Below are positions 10,750 to 22,306 of a stretch of DNA of 64,000 bases, piece by piece. The stretch lies in NCBI GenBank assembly GCA_965112155.1, contig OZ218103.1. The stretch is one strand, 5' to 3'. The notes under the pieces are model-generated. The model was not told the DNA's origin. It did no database searches and saw nothing but the letters and a program-made list of their open reading frames with translations. Source of the stretch: Podarcis liolepis. Its lineage: Eukaryota. A program made the translations under genes and the position numbers. How positions within the stretch are numbered: position 1 is the first letter of the stretch; each line of letters opens with the position of its first letter.

Positions 10750-11616
10750 ATTTAACTTATATGCAGAATTCATCATGCGAAAGGCTGGACTGGATGAATC
10801 CCAAGCCGGAATTAAGATTGCTGGAAGAAATATCAACAACCTCAGATATGCTGATGACACAACCTTGATGGCAGAAAGTGAGGAGGAATTAAAGAACCTT
10901 TTAATGAGGGTGAAAGAGGAGAGCGCAAAATATGATCTGAAGCTTAACGTCAAAAAAACTAAGATCATGGCCACTGGTCCCATCACCTCCTGGCAAATAG
11001 AAGGGGAAGAAATGAAGGCAGTGAGAGATTTTACTGTCTTGGGTTCCATGATCACTGCAGATAGTGACAGCAGTCACAAAATTAAAAGACGCCTGCTTCT
11101 TGGAAGAAAAGCAATGACAAACCTAGACAGCATCTTAAAAAGCAGAGACATCACCTTGCCAACAAAGATCAGTATAGTTTTCCCAGTAGTGATGTATGGA
11201 AGTGAGAGCTGGACCATAAAGAAGGCTGATCGCCAAAGAATTGATGCTTTTGAATTATGGTGCTGGAGGAGACTCTTGAGAGTCCCATGGACTGCAAGAA
11301 GATCAAACCTCTCCATTCTGAAGGAAATCAGCCCTGAGTGCTCACTGGAAGGACAGATCGTGAAGCTGAGGCTCCAATACTTTGGCCACCTCATGAGAAG
11401 AGAAGTCTCCCTGGAAAAGACCCTGATGTTGGGAAAGATGGAGGGCACAAGGAGAAGGGGACGACAGAGGACGAGATGGTTGGATAGTGTTCTCGAAGCT
11501 ACCAGCATGAATTTGACCAAACTGCGGGAGGCAGTGGAAGACAGGAGTGCCTGGCGTGCTCTGGTCCATGGGGTCACGAAGAGTCGGACACGACTAAACG
11601 ACAAAACAACAACAAA
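10750..11616 (+). mobile_element. BovB (RTE-clade) LINE, 5'-truncated; RT C-terminal half in an open frame (ORF 10739-11644)
   Basis: LFNLYAE...INNLRYADDTTLMAESEEELK...IDAFELWCWRRLLRVPWTARRSN...WRALVHGVTKSRTRLND and (CAA)n tail. 12-nt in-frame deletion near 11175. The native stop codon is mutated. Confidence 0.95.
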
Positions 11617-11756
11617 CTCCTTGGTTCATGTTCCGCTATTGTAGTGGTAAGGAACCCTTGGATCTGCAGATACTGCTCAACTGCAGCTCTCATTGCCCTG
11701 GACTTCTGTGCTGACTGAGGCTGATAGGAGTTGGCATCTGGAAAGCTAAAGGTTCC
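11617..11756 (+). repeat. 140-bp inverted duplicate of 20621-20760
   Basis: Reverse complement of the 3' flank of the BovB at 20761-21550, with about 3 mismatches. Confidence 0.92.
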
Positions 11757-11784
11757 TCTAAAGCTTCCTCTGGTCATCCCCCTT

Positions 11785-12008
11785 GAGAAGAGAAGACTCC
11801 CTGGAAAAGACCCTGTTGTTGGGAAAGATTGAGGGCACAAGGAGAAGGAGACAACAGAGGACGAGATGGTTGGACAGTGTTCTCGAAGCTACCAGCATGA
11901 GTTTAACCAAGCTGCGGGAGGCAATGGAAGACAGTAGTGCCTGGCGTGCTATGGTCCATGGGGTCACAAAGCGTCAGACAAGACTAAACGACTAAACAAC
12001 AACAACAA
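11785..12008 (+). mobile_element. BovB 3' end fragment
   Basis: RREDSLEKTLLLGKIEGTRRR...HGVTKRQTRLND* followed by (CAA)n. Confidence 0.92.
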
Positions 12009-12104
12009 GAGCCTAGGGCTTGCCAATCAAAAGGTTGGTCCATGGGGCACAAAGAGTCGAGACAACTAAATGACTAAACAAACAAACAAACAAACAAACA
12101 AACA
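12009..12104 (+). mobile_element. 30-nt Sauria SINE fragment fused to a third BovB 3' terminus with (CAAA)n tail
   Basis: gagcctagggcttgccaatcaaaaggttgg matches the SINE 5' region, then tccatgggg-cacaaagagtcg...actaaatgactaaacaaac. Confidence 0.75.
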
Positions 12105-13299
12105 GAAATGCAATAATTGTAGTGATGTGTTTCCATCCCACCCCAACCATAAATAGGGATTAGCTGCAGTCAAAAGGAAAGCATACAAATTTCACAAACA
12201 AGTGAAAATCTAAGGGGCATATAAAAGATGATTTGTTTGAGGCTGAATCTGATGGGAAGTTTTGCTGCACTGAAATGATCAGGAACTGTTTAAGTGTGTG
12301 ATTTTGCTCCTTGGAGCGTCCTTGGGAGTGCTTCCTGCAGTTGAAAATGTATCTGTCTGCTTTGTTGCCTCACTGATGGTTTAAAACACTTTCATCCATT
12401 CATTAAATAAGAATAAATGCTGTTGGAAAATACCATTAGGCTGGTAATTTCTGAAAATAAATTGAGTGCCAGGCAGAGCATATTACTGCTTCCTATATTA
12501 TGTAAAAGCAATTTTTCAACATTGAACTCTGACAATGTTTTGTCACACTTTTAATGCGTCTAAAGCAGAACCCAAGAGGGGCTTGGATGCTCCAAATCCA
12601 TATGCACCCATTCGTCTCCTCTCTTTAAATGAGAGCTTGCTATTCTGTGTGGAGGAATAGTAAAGTTCTCCTCAAGCAGCTCCTAGATGGGATCCAGCCA
12701 CTTCATTCCTTTGTTTCACTTAATATTGCTGCAAGCGACAGTTGCTCTTTCTAAATGTCTGGCCAAATCATGCCCTATACATGGTGAAATAGCAAACCAG
12801 TGAGAAAAAACAACAAGAAGAGAAATACTTTTTAATATATGAACCAATGGAATCCAGACACCCAAGCAGTCAATGGGCCAGTTTGGAAATCGTTCCAGGA
12901 TTCTATGAGGGGGACAATTACCAGCGCCAGGAGCGCCTCCCTCGTCTCAACATCCTCAGCACAAAAATTCTGGCTTTATTAAACCAGAGTTCCAGTTACT
13001 GGGGGAAGTCTGGCTTAAGGTCAGTAAACAAATGAGGAAAAGAAGCCAGGATCAACAGGCATTTTGGGTCCAAATTTTGGCAATGTGATTTTGGGAAACA
13101 TAAGCCTTGGGAACGCAGCATTTCGAGATCTAATGGGGGGGAACTGATATTCAAGTTTAAAAATTATTGTTTAGAGGAACGAACATGCCAGTTCCTGGAA
13201 TTTCAAGGTTAGGAGACAAACAGAAAGGATTAAAACCAAAACAGAACACCCTATTGAAATCAAACCAATAAAAAATGCCTTGCAGCACAAGCATTAGGT

Positions 13300-13760
13300 T
13301 TTGAGGATGACTATGCAGTGAAAATAATGATGGGATGCAATGTTAGTGGGGCGCTGAGATCAGCAACTTGTGCTGAGATCAGGGGTGGAGGCTGCTGTGT
13401 ACCCAACATGGATCGAGCCTTTCCCAAGTTGTCGGAAAAGCTTAGTTCATTGTTGTGTCTGACAGGATTGGCTTTGGAAATTTTATATGTTTGGTGCATT
13501 TTATGAATTATTTAAAAAGGGTTAATTAATTGCCAGCAGCTGTTGCTAACTTCTTACAGACATGCACGCGAGCCCAGTGAAGTGCTTGGTGGATTAAAAG
13601 CTGCAGAGCCCTAGGATAATCATTCAAAAAGCCCCAACAAAAGAGGTCCTGTTCGGTTCCGACAGCTTCAATCATCCATCTCGTAAGCAGCTTCTGAAAT
13701 GAAGCCCTGATTGACAGTTCAAGGGACAAATGTCGCCAGTTTTACAGAGGCATCGACATA
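13300..13760. promoter_or_regulatory. candidate developmental enhancer (PBX-MEIS decamer, homeodomain sites, E-box)
   Basis: TGATTGACAG 13708-13717, TGACAG 13460-13465, TTAATTAA 13522-13529, CAGCTG 13537-13542 and GGATTA 13591-13596 in repeat-free, CpG-retaining sequence. Confidence 0.4.
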
Positions 13761-13761
13761 A

Positions 13762-13763
<2 letters not shown>

Positions 13764-13807
<44 letters not shown>
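13764..13807. repeat. (GT)n microsatellite
   Basis: Read directly from the sequence. Confidence 0.95.
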
Positions 13808-13810
<3 letters not shown>

Positions 13811-13961
13811 CATCCACACACATACGTGTTGCTGGAAGAACAGATGCTCCTACCTTTGCATCTTTTCCTGTTCCCATACAAGTGTGACCACTGTAGCCAG
13901 TTAAGAGCCAAACTAGATGTTAACATGATCACGAGGCTGCCACAAAAATAGAAGTTACATA

Positions 13962-14203
13962 CAGTGGTACCTCGGGTTAAGTACTTAATTCGTTCCGGAG
14001 GGCTGTTCTTAACCTGAAACTGTTCTTAACCTGAAGCACCACTTTAACTAATGGGGCCTCCTGCTGCTGCCGTGCTGCCGGAGCACGATTTCTGTTCTTA
14101 TCCTGAAGCAAAATTCTTAACCTGAAGCACTATTTCTGGGTGAGCCGAGTGTGTAACCTGAAGCGTATGTAACCTGAAGCTTATGTAATCCGAGGTGCCA
14201 CTG
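13962..14203 (+). mobile_element. Tigger/pogo-like MITE
   Basis: Same family as 5777-6002, TA-flanked, with one extra gtaacctgaagc subterminal unit. Confidence 0.9.
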
Positions 14204-17200
14204 TATTTTGTTCTCCCTCTCCTTAACACTAAGAGAACTTACCATGTGTCTGTGTCATTACATTGTAACATCTTGCAATTCCTCTCCCTGCCCCACCGCT
14301 GCTCCACACCATTGGTTGCTGATGGCGAGGGTCAGGATGCAAGAACTGTCAAGATGTCACAACACAGAGAAAGCGCTACAAGGCATAATAGAAAGGGAAG
14401 GAGACCAGGAGTGATGCTTGCCGTTGTATGTGGCGGCTGTGTACTGTGCTTTCTCTACTTTGGACTTAAGAAATTTACTGTTAACTTAGGTTCTAAGAAA
14501 CTAGGATTGCAAGGTCTACTTTTTCTACTGAGAAGCCCTATGTTCTTCAGTGAGGGCACTGTTGGCATTTGTTGTTCTTGGGAGACCATAGAGGACACCA
14601 GCATACTTAATTATATTATCTTTCTTCTAAATGCAATAACATATATCGACCCTTCCCTTGTCTGACTTGTCTTTCAGATTGTATGCCTCTTGAGGCCAGG
14701 GACAAGTCTCTCTTTATAAAACTCTGCAAGCTGCCCTACATTGAACTTTTAATAATTCCAGGAATTATGGGTGCCCTTGCACCCACAAATGCTTGGGGAC
14801 CCAAACACATAGCAATATTTTCTGCCTTTGCTTTCTTCTTATTCCTTTATCAGTTAAGCCTACTAGTAGTAAGATGTCTGGCTTTCTGTGAGCGTATCTT
14901 TTTACAAACCGTAACCAGGCAATTTGCAGTGTTGTAACTGAAGTGTTCTATGGGCTGTTTTGTGGCTTTTGCAAATTGGCATTTCTTGTGGCTGACTCGA
15001 TCAGCAATGGAGAAATTAAAAACATGCCACAATGTAAAAGGGCTCCAGAAACCAGCAGCCTAGTGAAGGTACTCCGTGGAGATAGAAAGTGATAAGAATA
15101 ATTTAGCACAGCTGCATTCACCAGTAACTTGGCCCAGAGTAAATGGACGCAAGCCAGAGGGTGAACCTGAGATCACAGGCTGGGAACATGGCCATTGAGT
15201 GGGTGAGCAGCAAGCCGTGTAAAGGAGGGGGGGACTCCATCTTGAGTTACCACCTGTGGTCATGATATATCTTAGATACGAGTTTACCACCTTAGAGAAA
15301 ACTAGGCCACTTTCCACAGGCCCACATTTAGGATACTGTTCCCATTCACTATCAGAACTTTTCCTTGGTTGAGGATGGGAGTTGACATTTTACAGAGCTT
15401 GGGTCTCTGGGAGTCTGCCAAACAGCTGTAAAGCAACAGGGCCACGTCTCCCTGAGAAGTATACAGAACCATTCATGGGAATTCAGCTCCCCTGGGGCAA
15501 TACAACTCAGGGGAAGGAACCGCAGGGCAAAAAGTGGGAGACAGATGGTGTGTTAAGTCTGGCCTGGTGCCAGTAATTGGCCAAGTTGGGCACTAGCCAA
15601 GGGCCCCAGTAGCTCAGGAGGTTCACTCATGGATGCGACCAGGCTGTATCATCACTTACCCTCCCTTTGTCAGATTTTGCCAGATTTCATAGATCCGTGG
15701 GCTTAGGAATTACATTTCGGGCAATGATTCAGAAGCTGCACTTCAGCATATCCACTGCTAAAATGGACATATTGGGGTCGGGCAAAGAGGTTGTGGGTTA
15801 AGTTATATTGGTGCAGCAACCATGGTGGCAGTAGAAGAAAAAAGTGTGGCCACATGGGGTGGGTGTGGGTGTGTTGGAGCTAGGGGTCCATCAGCTAGGG
15901 GTCCATCAGAGGGCCCCCTGAAAGTATAATGCGAGAGCTGGGTAAAGTGCCTCCCTTCTCTTCAAAGTCTCTCCAAATACCCCTGCCCAATTCTTCTTTG
16001 CAGCTGTTTCAGAGAGACAGTAGTTTCGAAACCCAGATCTCTGCCCAACATCTAGCTCTGTCTCAGAAGAGAGATTTCTTATTTCTGAGAGTGATTTCTG
16101 CCGCTTCTCCTTGTACGGCTAAAAAAAGCAACCTACATTATCCCCATGTATGATTTGGAACACTTAAATTAGGCCCTGTTCATGTGTATTATTTGTGCAC
16201 ACAGAATAAGCCCTTTTATTTTATTTTTATTTTTTGGTCTCTTTCCCCCTTTAATCTTTTGTTACCTTGGCTTTCGGATGCCTTGTCTGGTTTGGGTTTT
16301 GTGAAATGACTCTCTGACAGGATATGAGCACGCTAATCTAAATGTGACCTGACCAGCGTTATATAACACAGACCAAAACTGCATTTAAGAGATGTTAACG
16401 TTGTGGTAGGTTGGGGGAAAAAGATCTTAAAATTGACAGCAGAGGGTAAAATGTGACATCTCTTGGTTAAGCAAAATAGGGTGAGTCAAGGACATAGTTC
16501 AAGAGAAAGGCAAATTCACTGTCAGAAGACGAATGGATTTTTGCTCGGCAGAATTATTATTATTATTATTATTTTGTTATGCTGCTTCCACCCCCACCCC
16601 AATTATCCTGCATTTACCAACTTAATTTGAATAAATTTTACAGATCATTTTACCCTGCACAAATTTGAACTGAATAGGCATGTGAAAATGCGCACAACAT
16701 CGTACAAAGGTTTCAGAGATTTGCAATGAGACCACGTGGACAAAAATTGAAACCATGTAAAAATTGACTTTCCATTCTGCAGGAATAACAAACAACAGGA
16801 ACTGGCATGGTTGCAAGGCTAAGAAGAGCCTAGTACAGATTCAGTGTTCAGTGCAAAGGAAGAGCCGTAATAGCTTGCGACAGCACAGAGGAGTTTAGTG
16901 ATACTGCTGCCAGCCTCTCCCTTCCTCAGCCCCATGAATTTAATTTTGATTTTGATCTTGCCACTGAAAACAGAGTCAAACATAGCTCTGCAGGGGCCCA
17001 GTGACTTTGCTGTGTCTCTGCACTGAAAGTGACTGAATTATCCAATCAGAACTGACACAAGGTGTTACAATTGTATTGCATCAGTCCAAGTGCCCTGGCT
17101 GCTGGTTAATTTCCGGGCTCAGATCATATGGTTGGCTTTGATCGTTAAAGTCCCTCTATAGCTTGAGAACTGGATATGTGTAAGGATTGCCTTTCTCTTC

Positions 17201-17500
17201 ATGTGCCTGTCAATATGCTTCAAGGTTATTAGCGGCCTTTCTCTGGGTCTCCCCACCATCAGAGGTGTAGCTGGGGGTTACTGGAAAAAGAGCCTTCTTG
17301 GTGGTGGCACCTTGATTGTGGGCAGTTGCCTCGGGTGGCAGAATCCCGCAGGGCATTGCCCCCAGGGGCACCCCACTTGCTCCTGCCTCCGTTGGAGAAA
17401 TGAAGAGAAGCAGCAATAGCCTCTAGCAACAACTCACAAGAACTTGCGCAACCTCAGTAGGCCCACAGACTCTCCCCAACCCCTGCAGTATATGCTTATT

Positions 17501-17783
17501 CAGGGCCATCTTACCCATAGGACCTAGGGGTGTGGGGCTACCAGGTGCTGGGCTCTCAGGGGCGCCAGGCCGAGAGTCCGGGGCCTGAGAGTTGAGTCTG
17601 GGGAAGAGCCCGCCCATCGGTGCCACGTTGGGTTCTTCTGTTGTGCGAGTTTGGGGGCAACCAAGCCAGCAAGACGCTGAGGCAGCCGGCCGGCTCCACC
17701 CTCCTGCACGCCTGGGACTGGGCAACCTGGGGGGGCAAGCGGATCTTTGCACCCCAGCGCCGCATATGCTTAAGACAGCCCTG
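17501..17783. mobile_element. GC-rich hAT MITE
   Basis: Termini cagggccatctta / ttaagacagccctg. Perfect 8-bp TSD tgcttatt (17493-17500, 17784-17791). Confidence 0.88.
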
Positions 17784-18578
17784 TGCTTATTCATTACTGT
17801 GACTGAAGAAGTTCCTGAAATTTAAGCATACACATTTTTTTTTAGTAGCTCAACAAGTGAGGGCTTTGTCTTAAACCACAAGCTTCCTGGTTCAATCCCC
17901 AGAAGCTCTAATATAGGCAGCCAGATTGGAATCGTTTTCTCTCTTGGTCACTGGCGCATCTTTTCCTTTCACCTTCTCATATTGCTGCTCAGTGATAAAC
18001 AGTAGTGGACAGTGGGGAGGAGCAGCAGCACACACCAGGCCTCCCAGCAGGTGGATTGCTGCTGCTTACTGGGAGGTATACTGGGAGGGGCAAGGTGGCA
18101 GGGAAGCCACAATGGCTCCTTTGCTGCATTTGCACAACAGTGACCTCCCCACCACCCTGCCCCTCCCAATAAGCAGCAGTGACCCATTTGCCACGAGGTC
18201 AGGTAAATGCCACCACTGACCTCACCATCCTACTGGTGACAGAGAACCTACTTTGCAATCAAGTGGTTCCACATTTAATCCTTGGAATCTCTAGGTAGTG
18301 TTGCAAGAGACTTTCACATGGCACCCTTTCTTGCAGAATTCACATTCTTAATAAATTTTGCAACCATGGGTGGCCACCACTGATCCTGTCTTGACTCTCT
18401 TCATGATGTGCATGTGTGTGTGTGACAGTTTGGGAGATTTGCTTCTTTAAAAAGAAGCTGCGAGAAGGCAAAAAAAAAAAAAAAAAAAGGGAACCCAAAT
18501 ATTTAATCCTTTCTCAGACACATTTTCTGCAAATGTGACAGTGCAAGCATACAGAAAGCATCAAATTATTGGAATTAA

Positions 18579-18581
<3 letters not shown>

Positions 18582-18625
<44 letters not shown>
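18582..18625. repeat. (TC)n microsatellite
   Basis: Read directly from the sequence. Confidence 0.95.
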
Positions 18626-18631
<6 letters not shown>

Positions 18632-18689
18632 ATTTTTAAATTCAGAAACAAAGTGCTGTATTCAAAAGAAAATAAACACGGTAGAAATC

Positions 18690-18860
18690 CTTTCTGTAGT
18701 GTTAATTGGTTAATTCAGTGCAAGCCGCTGAGATTAAGGGGATCTGTTGCTGAAAGAACTATTGCACCCCGAAGTCAAGACATTTTGCTAAGCTTGTCTT
18801 TTGGGATTAGCTCAGATGACATTTTGCATAGCCTTAATGCAAATTATCCCCCCATCTCCT
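18690..18860. promoter_or_regulatory. candidate enhancer (homeodomain, octamer, E-box)
   Basis: gttaattggttaatt, AGATTA near 18731, GGATTA 18804-18809, CAGATG 18813-18818, ATGCAAAT 18837-18844. Confidence 0.35.
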
Positions 18861-19518
18861 CTACCCATGTTGATATTTATAGAGAGAATCCATCGTTTCT
18901 TTCTCCATGTTGCACTTGAAAGAGGCTCTTCAACTCCTCAGTAATCATTTGCCCTAACGTGTCAACATTTGCTTTGGTGGAACATTTGCAGAAAGCAATA
19001 CAGAAAATCAAACATATAACCATAGATATTATAACCCTAATAAATTGTATTCAGAGTACATTAATGGCCTGATTTAATGACACCCCCCCCCTTAAATTCA
19101 TCCTGGTGTGTACAGATTTCACATGTCACATCTGGAGTATGAGATTAAGAAGGGTTTAAAGATCCATGCAATCTTTCAGGATAGTTTATTGATGGGGAAA
19201 AAAATGAGGAGGGAATGTAGGTGTCAAACATGACTGCTGGGAAATATGCCTTTGGAATGTCAAGCCAGGTGCTCGTGATGGGAACATTTCTTTTGCTAGC
19301 ATTGCAGAATTAGAAGAAGACTGAAAGTTGAAACCCAATAGCAAGGCACTTGGTTCAATCAGATGCTGGATATGTACAGATAGTATCAGTAAGAAAGGCT
19401 GGGCTAGTTTGAGCAGAGAGGGAAATGGTTGGAAGCGCACCAGCAGGGATCATAGAGTTTTTAACTTAAGGGTTAATTCTGTTGTTAGTAAATCAACTAA
19501 CCTAGAGGCGGGGAGGTG

Positions 19519-19600
19519 TTGCTTAGCACCAAGCAGAATGGCATGATGTTGACTGAGGTAACACATGATTTGATTGGCTGTGTAGTTCTGATGGGGTTTC
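19519..19600 (+). repeat. unclassified dispersed repeat (second copy at about 44320-44395)
   Basis: tgcttagca(a)cca(a/g)gcaga(a/g)tggcatg...ctgaggta(a/g)cac...tgattggc...tagttctga is shared by both sites. Confidence 0.6.
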
Positions 19601-20760
19601 CCCTCTTGGTTGAATGGCTCACTGAAGGCCTAAAGTAAGGCAGACAAAAGCCTCTCTTTTCCTTTCTCCTCAAACAATACACTTGTTTTATAGCATAGGG
19701 TGGCTAACTTGTGTGGACCCCCAGATGTTGTTTGACTACAACTCTCATATGTCCCAGCAAACATGGCTGCTGTAGTCCAATAACAACTGGAAGACCACAG
19801 GTTTCTCACCCCCTGTAGGGTAGACAACATCTAGAGGGCACCTGGTTAGCCACTCCCATTTTACAGAACTGGGACCATTATTCCTTTTTGAATAAAATTG
19901 GTTCATAGTGCCCAAGGACTCCTCTGACTTTTGGGAGAGCAATTGAAGAGGAGGATTTGAATGTTCTTTTTCCAAAGCACAGTCTGGTGTTTTGTGCAGG
20001 GTTGGTGCCCAAGAGTAATGAAATTCTGAGGTCGTCCGACTTATGACACTGTTTTCTTCAGTAAGTGGGAAGGGTTCAACCAGTCCTAACACCCAAAGCT
20101 GTTGCGGCTGCAGCAGCAGTAACTTTCCCTGAAAATAATAGAGCAGGAGGCTACTTTGCACAGTAAAATAAACTAGAATTGACAATGACATAAGAAAGCA
20201 ATTATGTGGGAAACACTGATTCAAGCATTCCCAGATGGTATATTTATATTGAGAAAAAGCTGTCAAGGGAGCCAAGTGGAAGTCTGTTAAACTTCCCCCA
20301 TTGTTGAATGGACACTACAACAATTACAGGGTCCAAATATATTTGTGGATTAAAAAAAAGAGGTTCTATACACATATAATGTTAACATTAAAATGTCAAA
20401 TAGCAAAGCAACAAGAGCATATGCTCATACACAGTACATTGAGAAAACAACATGTAAACCTGGGATCTAACATACATTCACATTTAATCCTTTTTCCTCT
20501 TAATTGTGCTTTCCTGTTAACTTGAATGGTCAACTCAATCCTAAGATTCAGAAGCACAGCAGTGTCTGTGCCTCTTCAGCCTTCTCATCAGACAGACATT
20601 ACGGTGTAGAGCAAGGTTGGGGAACCTTTAGCTTTCCAGATGCCAACTCCTATCAGCCTCAGTCAGCACAGAAGTCAAGGGCAATGAGAGCTGCAGTTGA
20701 GCAGTATCTGCAGATCCAAGGGTTCCTTACTACTACAATAGCGGAACATGAACCAATGAG

Positions 20761-21550
20761 TTTGTTGTTGTTTAGTCGTTTAGTCGTGTCCGACTCTTCG
20801 TGACCCCATGGACCAGAGCACGCCAGGCACTCCTATCTTCCACTGCCTCCTGCAGTTTGGTCAAATTCATGCTGGTAGCTTTGAGAACACTATCCAACCA
20901 TCTTGTCCTCTGTCGTCCCCTTCTCCTTGTGCACTCCATCTTTCCCAATATCAGGGTCTTTTCCAGGGAGTCTTCTCTTCTCATGAGGTGGCCAAAGTAT
21001 TGGAGCCTCAGCTTCACGATCTGTCCTTCCAGTGAGCACTCAGGGCTGATTTCCTTAAGAATAGAGAGGTTTGATCTTCTTGCTGTCCATGGGACTCTCA
21101 AGAGTCTCCTCCAGCACCATAATTCAAAAGCATCAATTCTTCAGCGATCAGCCTTCTTTATGGTCCAGCTCTCACTTCCATACATCACTACTGGGAAAAC
21201 CATAGCTTTAACTATACGAACCTTTGTTGGCAAGGTGATGTCTCTGCTTTTTAAGATGCTGTCTAGGTTTGTCATCGCTTTCCTCCCAAGAAGCAGGCGT
21301 CTTTTAATTTCGTGACTGCTGTCACCATCTGCAGTGATCATGGAGCCCAAGAAAGTAAAATCTCTCACTGCCTCCATTTCTTCCCCTTCTATTTGCCAGG
21401 AGGTGATGTGCTCAGTGGCCATGATCTTTGTTTTTTTGATGTTGAGCTTCAGACCATATTTTGCGCTCTCCTCTTTCACCCTCATTAAAAGGTTCTTTAA
21501 TTCCTCCTCACTTTCAGCCATCAAGGTTGTGTCATCTGCATATCTGAAGT
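20761..21550 (-). mobile_element. BovB LINE, 5'-truncated, with one premature stop
   Basis: ORFs 21141-21554 (RYADDTTLMAESEEELK...) and 20772-21101 (...SRTRLND*). (CAA)n tail at 20761-20772. Confidence 0.95.
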
Positions 21551-21628
21551 TCAAATTCCTGCTCAGCCTGTGATCTTGGGCCAGTCATTAACTTTCAGCT
21601 GTATGTACCTCAGTCATTGTGAATATCA

Positions 21629-21714
21629 AATGGGATACCTGAATTCTGTTCAGGTGAAAGAGTTAGGTATAAATGGGATGCCTGAATTCTGTGGTGAAAG
21701 AGTTAGGTATAAAT
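21629..21714. repeat. tandem duplication of about 42 bp
   Basis: aaatgggat(a/g)cctgaattctgt...ggtgaaagagttaggtat occurs twice. Confidence 0.85.
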
Positions 21715-22053
21715 GCATTGCAGTGTCATAATGGTAGTCAGCAGGGTAAAAGACAGTGATCAGACTTTCTTTACCCTCTACAAGGGATGTGAGAGGCATT
21801 GAGGGATGCTCCGTGATCACAGGACTTTGCTGCTGATTGCGAAGGTCTGTGGAAAAAATACAAGGGATTGTCCCCACAAGCACAGTAGCCTCTTGCATCC
21901 ATGCAGGTGAAATTCTACGCCCACTTCCAAGCAGGAATAGTTGAGGCTATTATCTGCCATACTTCTGACAGACTTGTGGTTTATCTGCTCTGGTTTCTGC
22001 CTGATTGTGACTCCAGTGAGTCCCGCTGCAATGAATGAGTGCATACAGAGTTA

Positions 22054-22306
22054 GGGTCCATCCACACTACCATTTGCCCCCATAAAAACCCGCAGTTTAG
22101 TACTAAATCGGAACAAACAGCAGTTGGTTTTTCCATGGATTGCCATTTGTTCCGATGGAGCTCCAAAGAGAGGGTGTTCTGGGGGAAAGTGGCAGGCAAA
22201 AGGCAAAACCACTCAGACCCAGAACCTATAAAGCACAGGGACAAGTAGAAAACTGCTTGGATCCATGCTTTCTTGACATGGGACAAACAGAAGTGTGGAC
22301 GAGCCC
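22054..22306. mobile_element. PIF/Harbinger-like MITE
   Basis: Termini gggtccatccacact / agtgtggacgagccc, TTA on both sides, internal palindrome. Homologous to 48263-48509. Confidence 0.75.

Noticed and set aside
10739-11644. 301-aa ORF as a host or domesticated gene
   Set aside because: It is a 5'-truncated BovB RT fragment. The ATG comes from flanking sequence and the C-terminal extension is read-through of a mutated stop.
15040-15720. Possible old DIRS/LTR internal sequence (also about 51050-51300 and 54650-54900)
   Set aside because: Composition is suggestive, but I could not recover a diagnostic motif or boundaries by eye.
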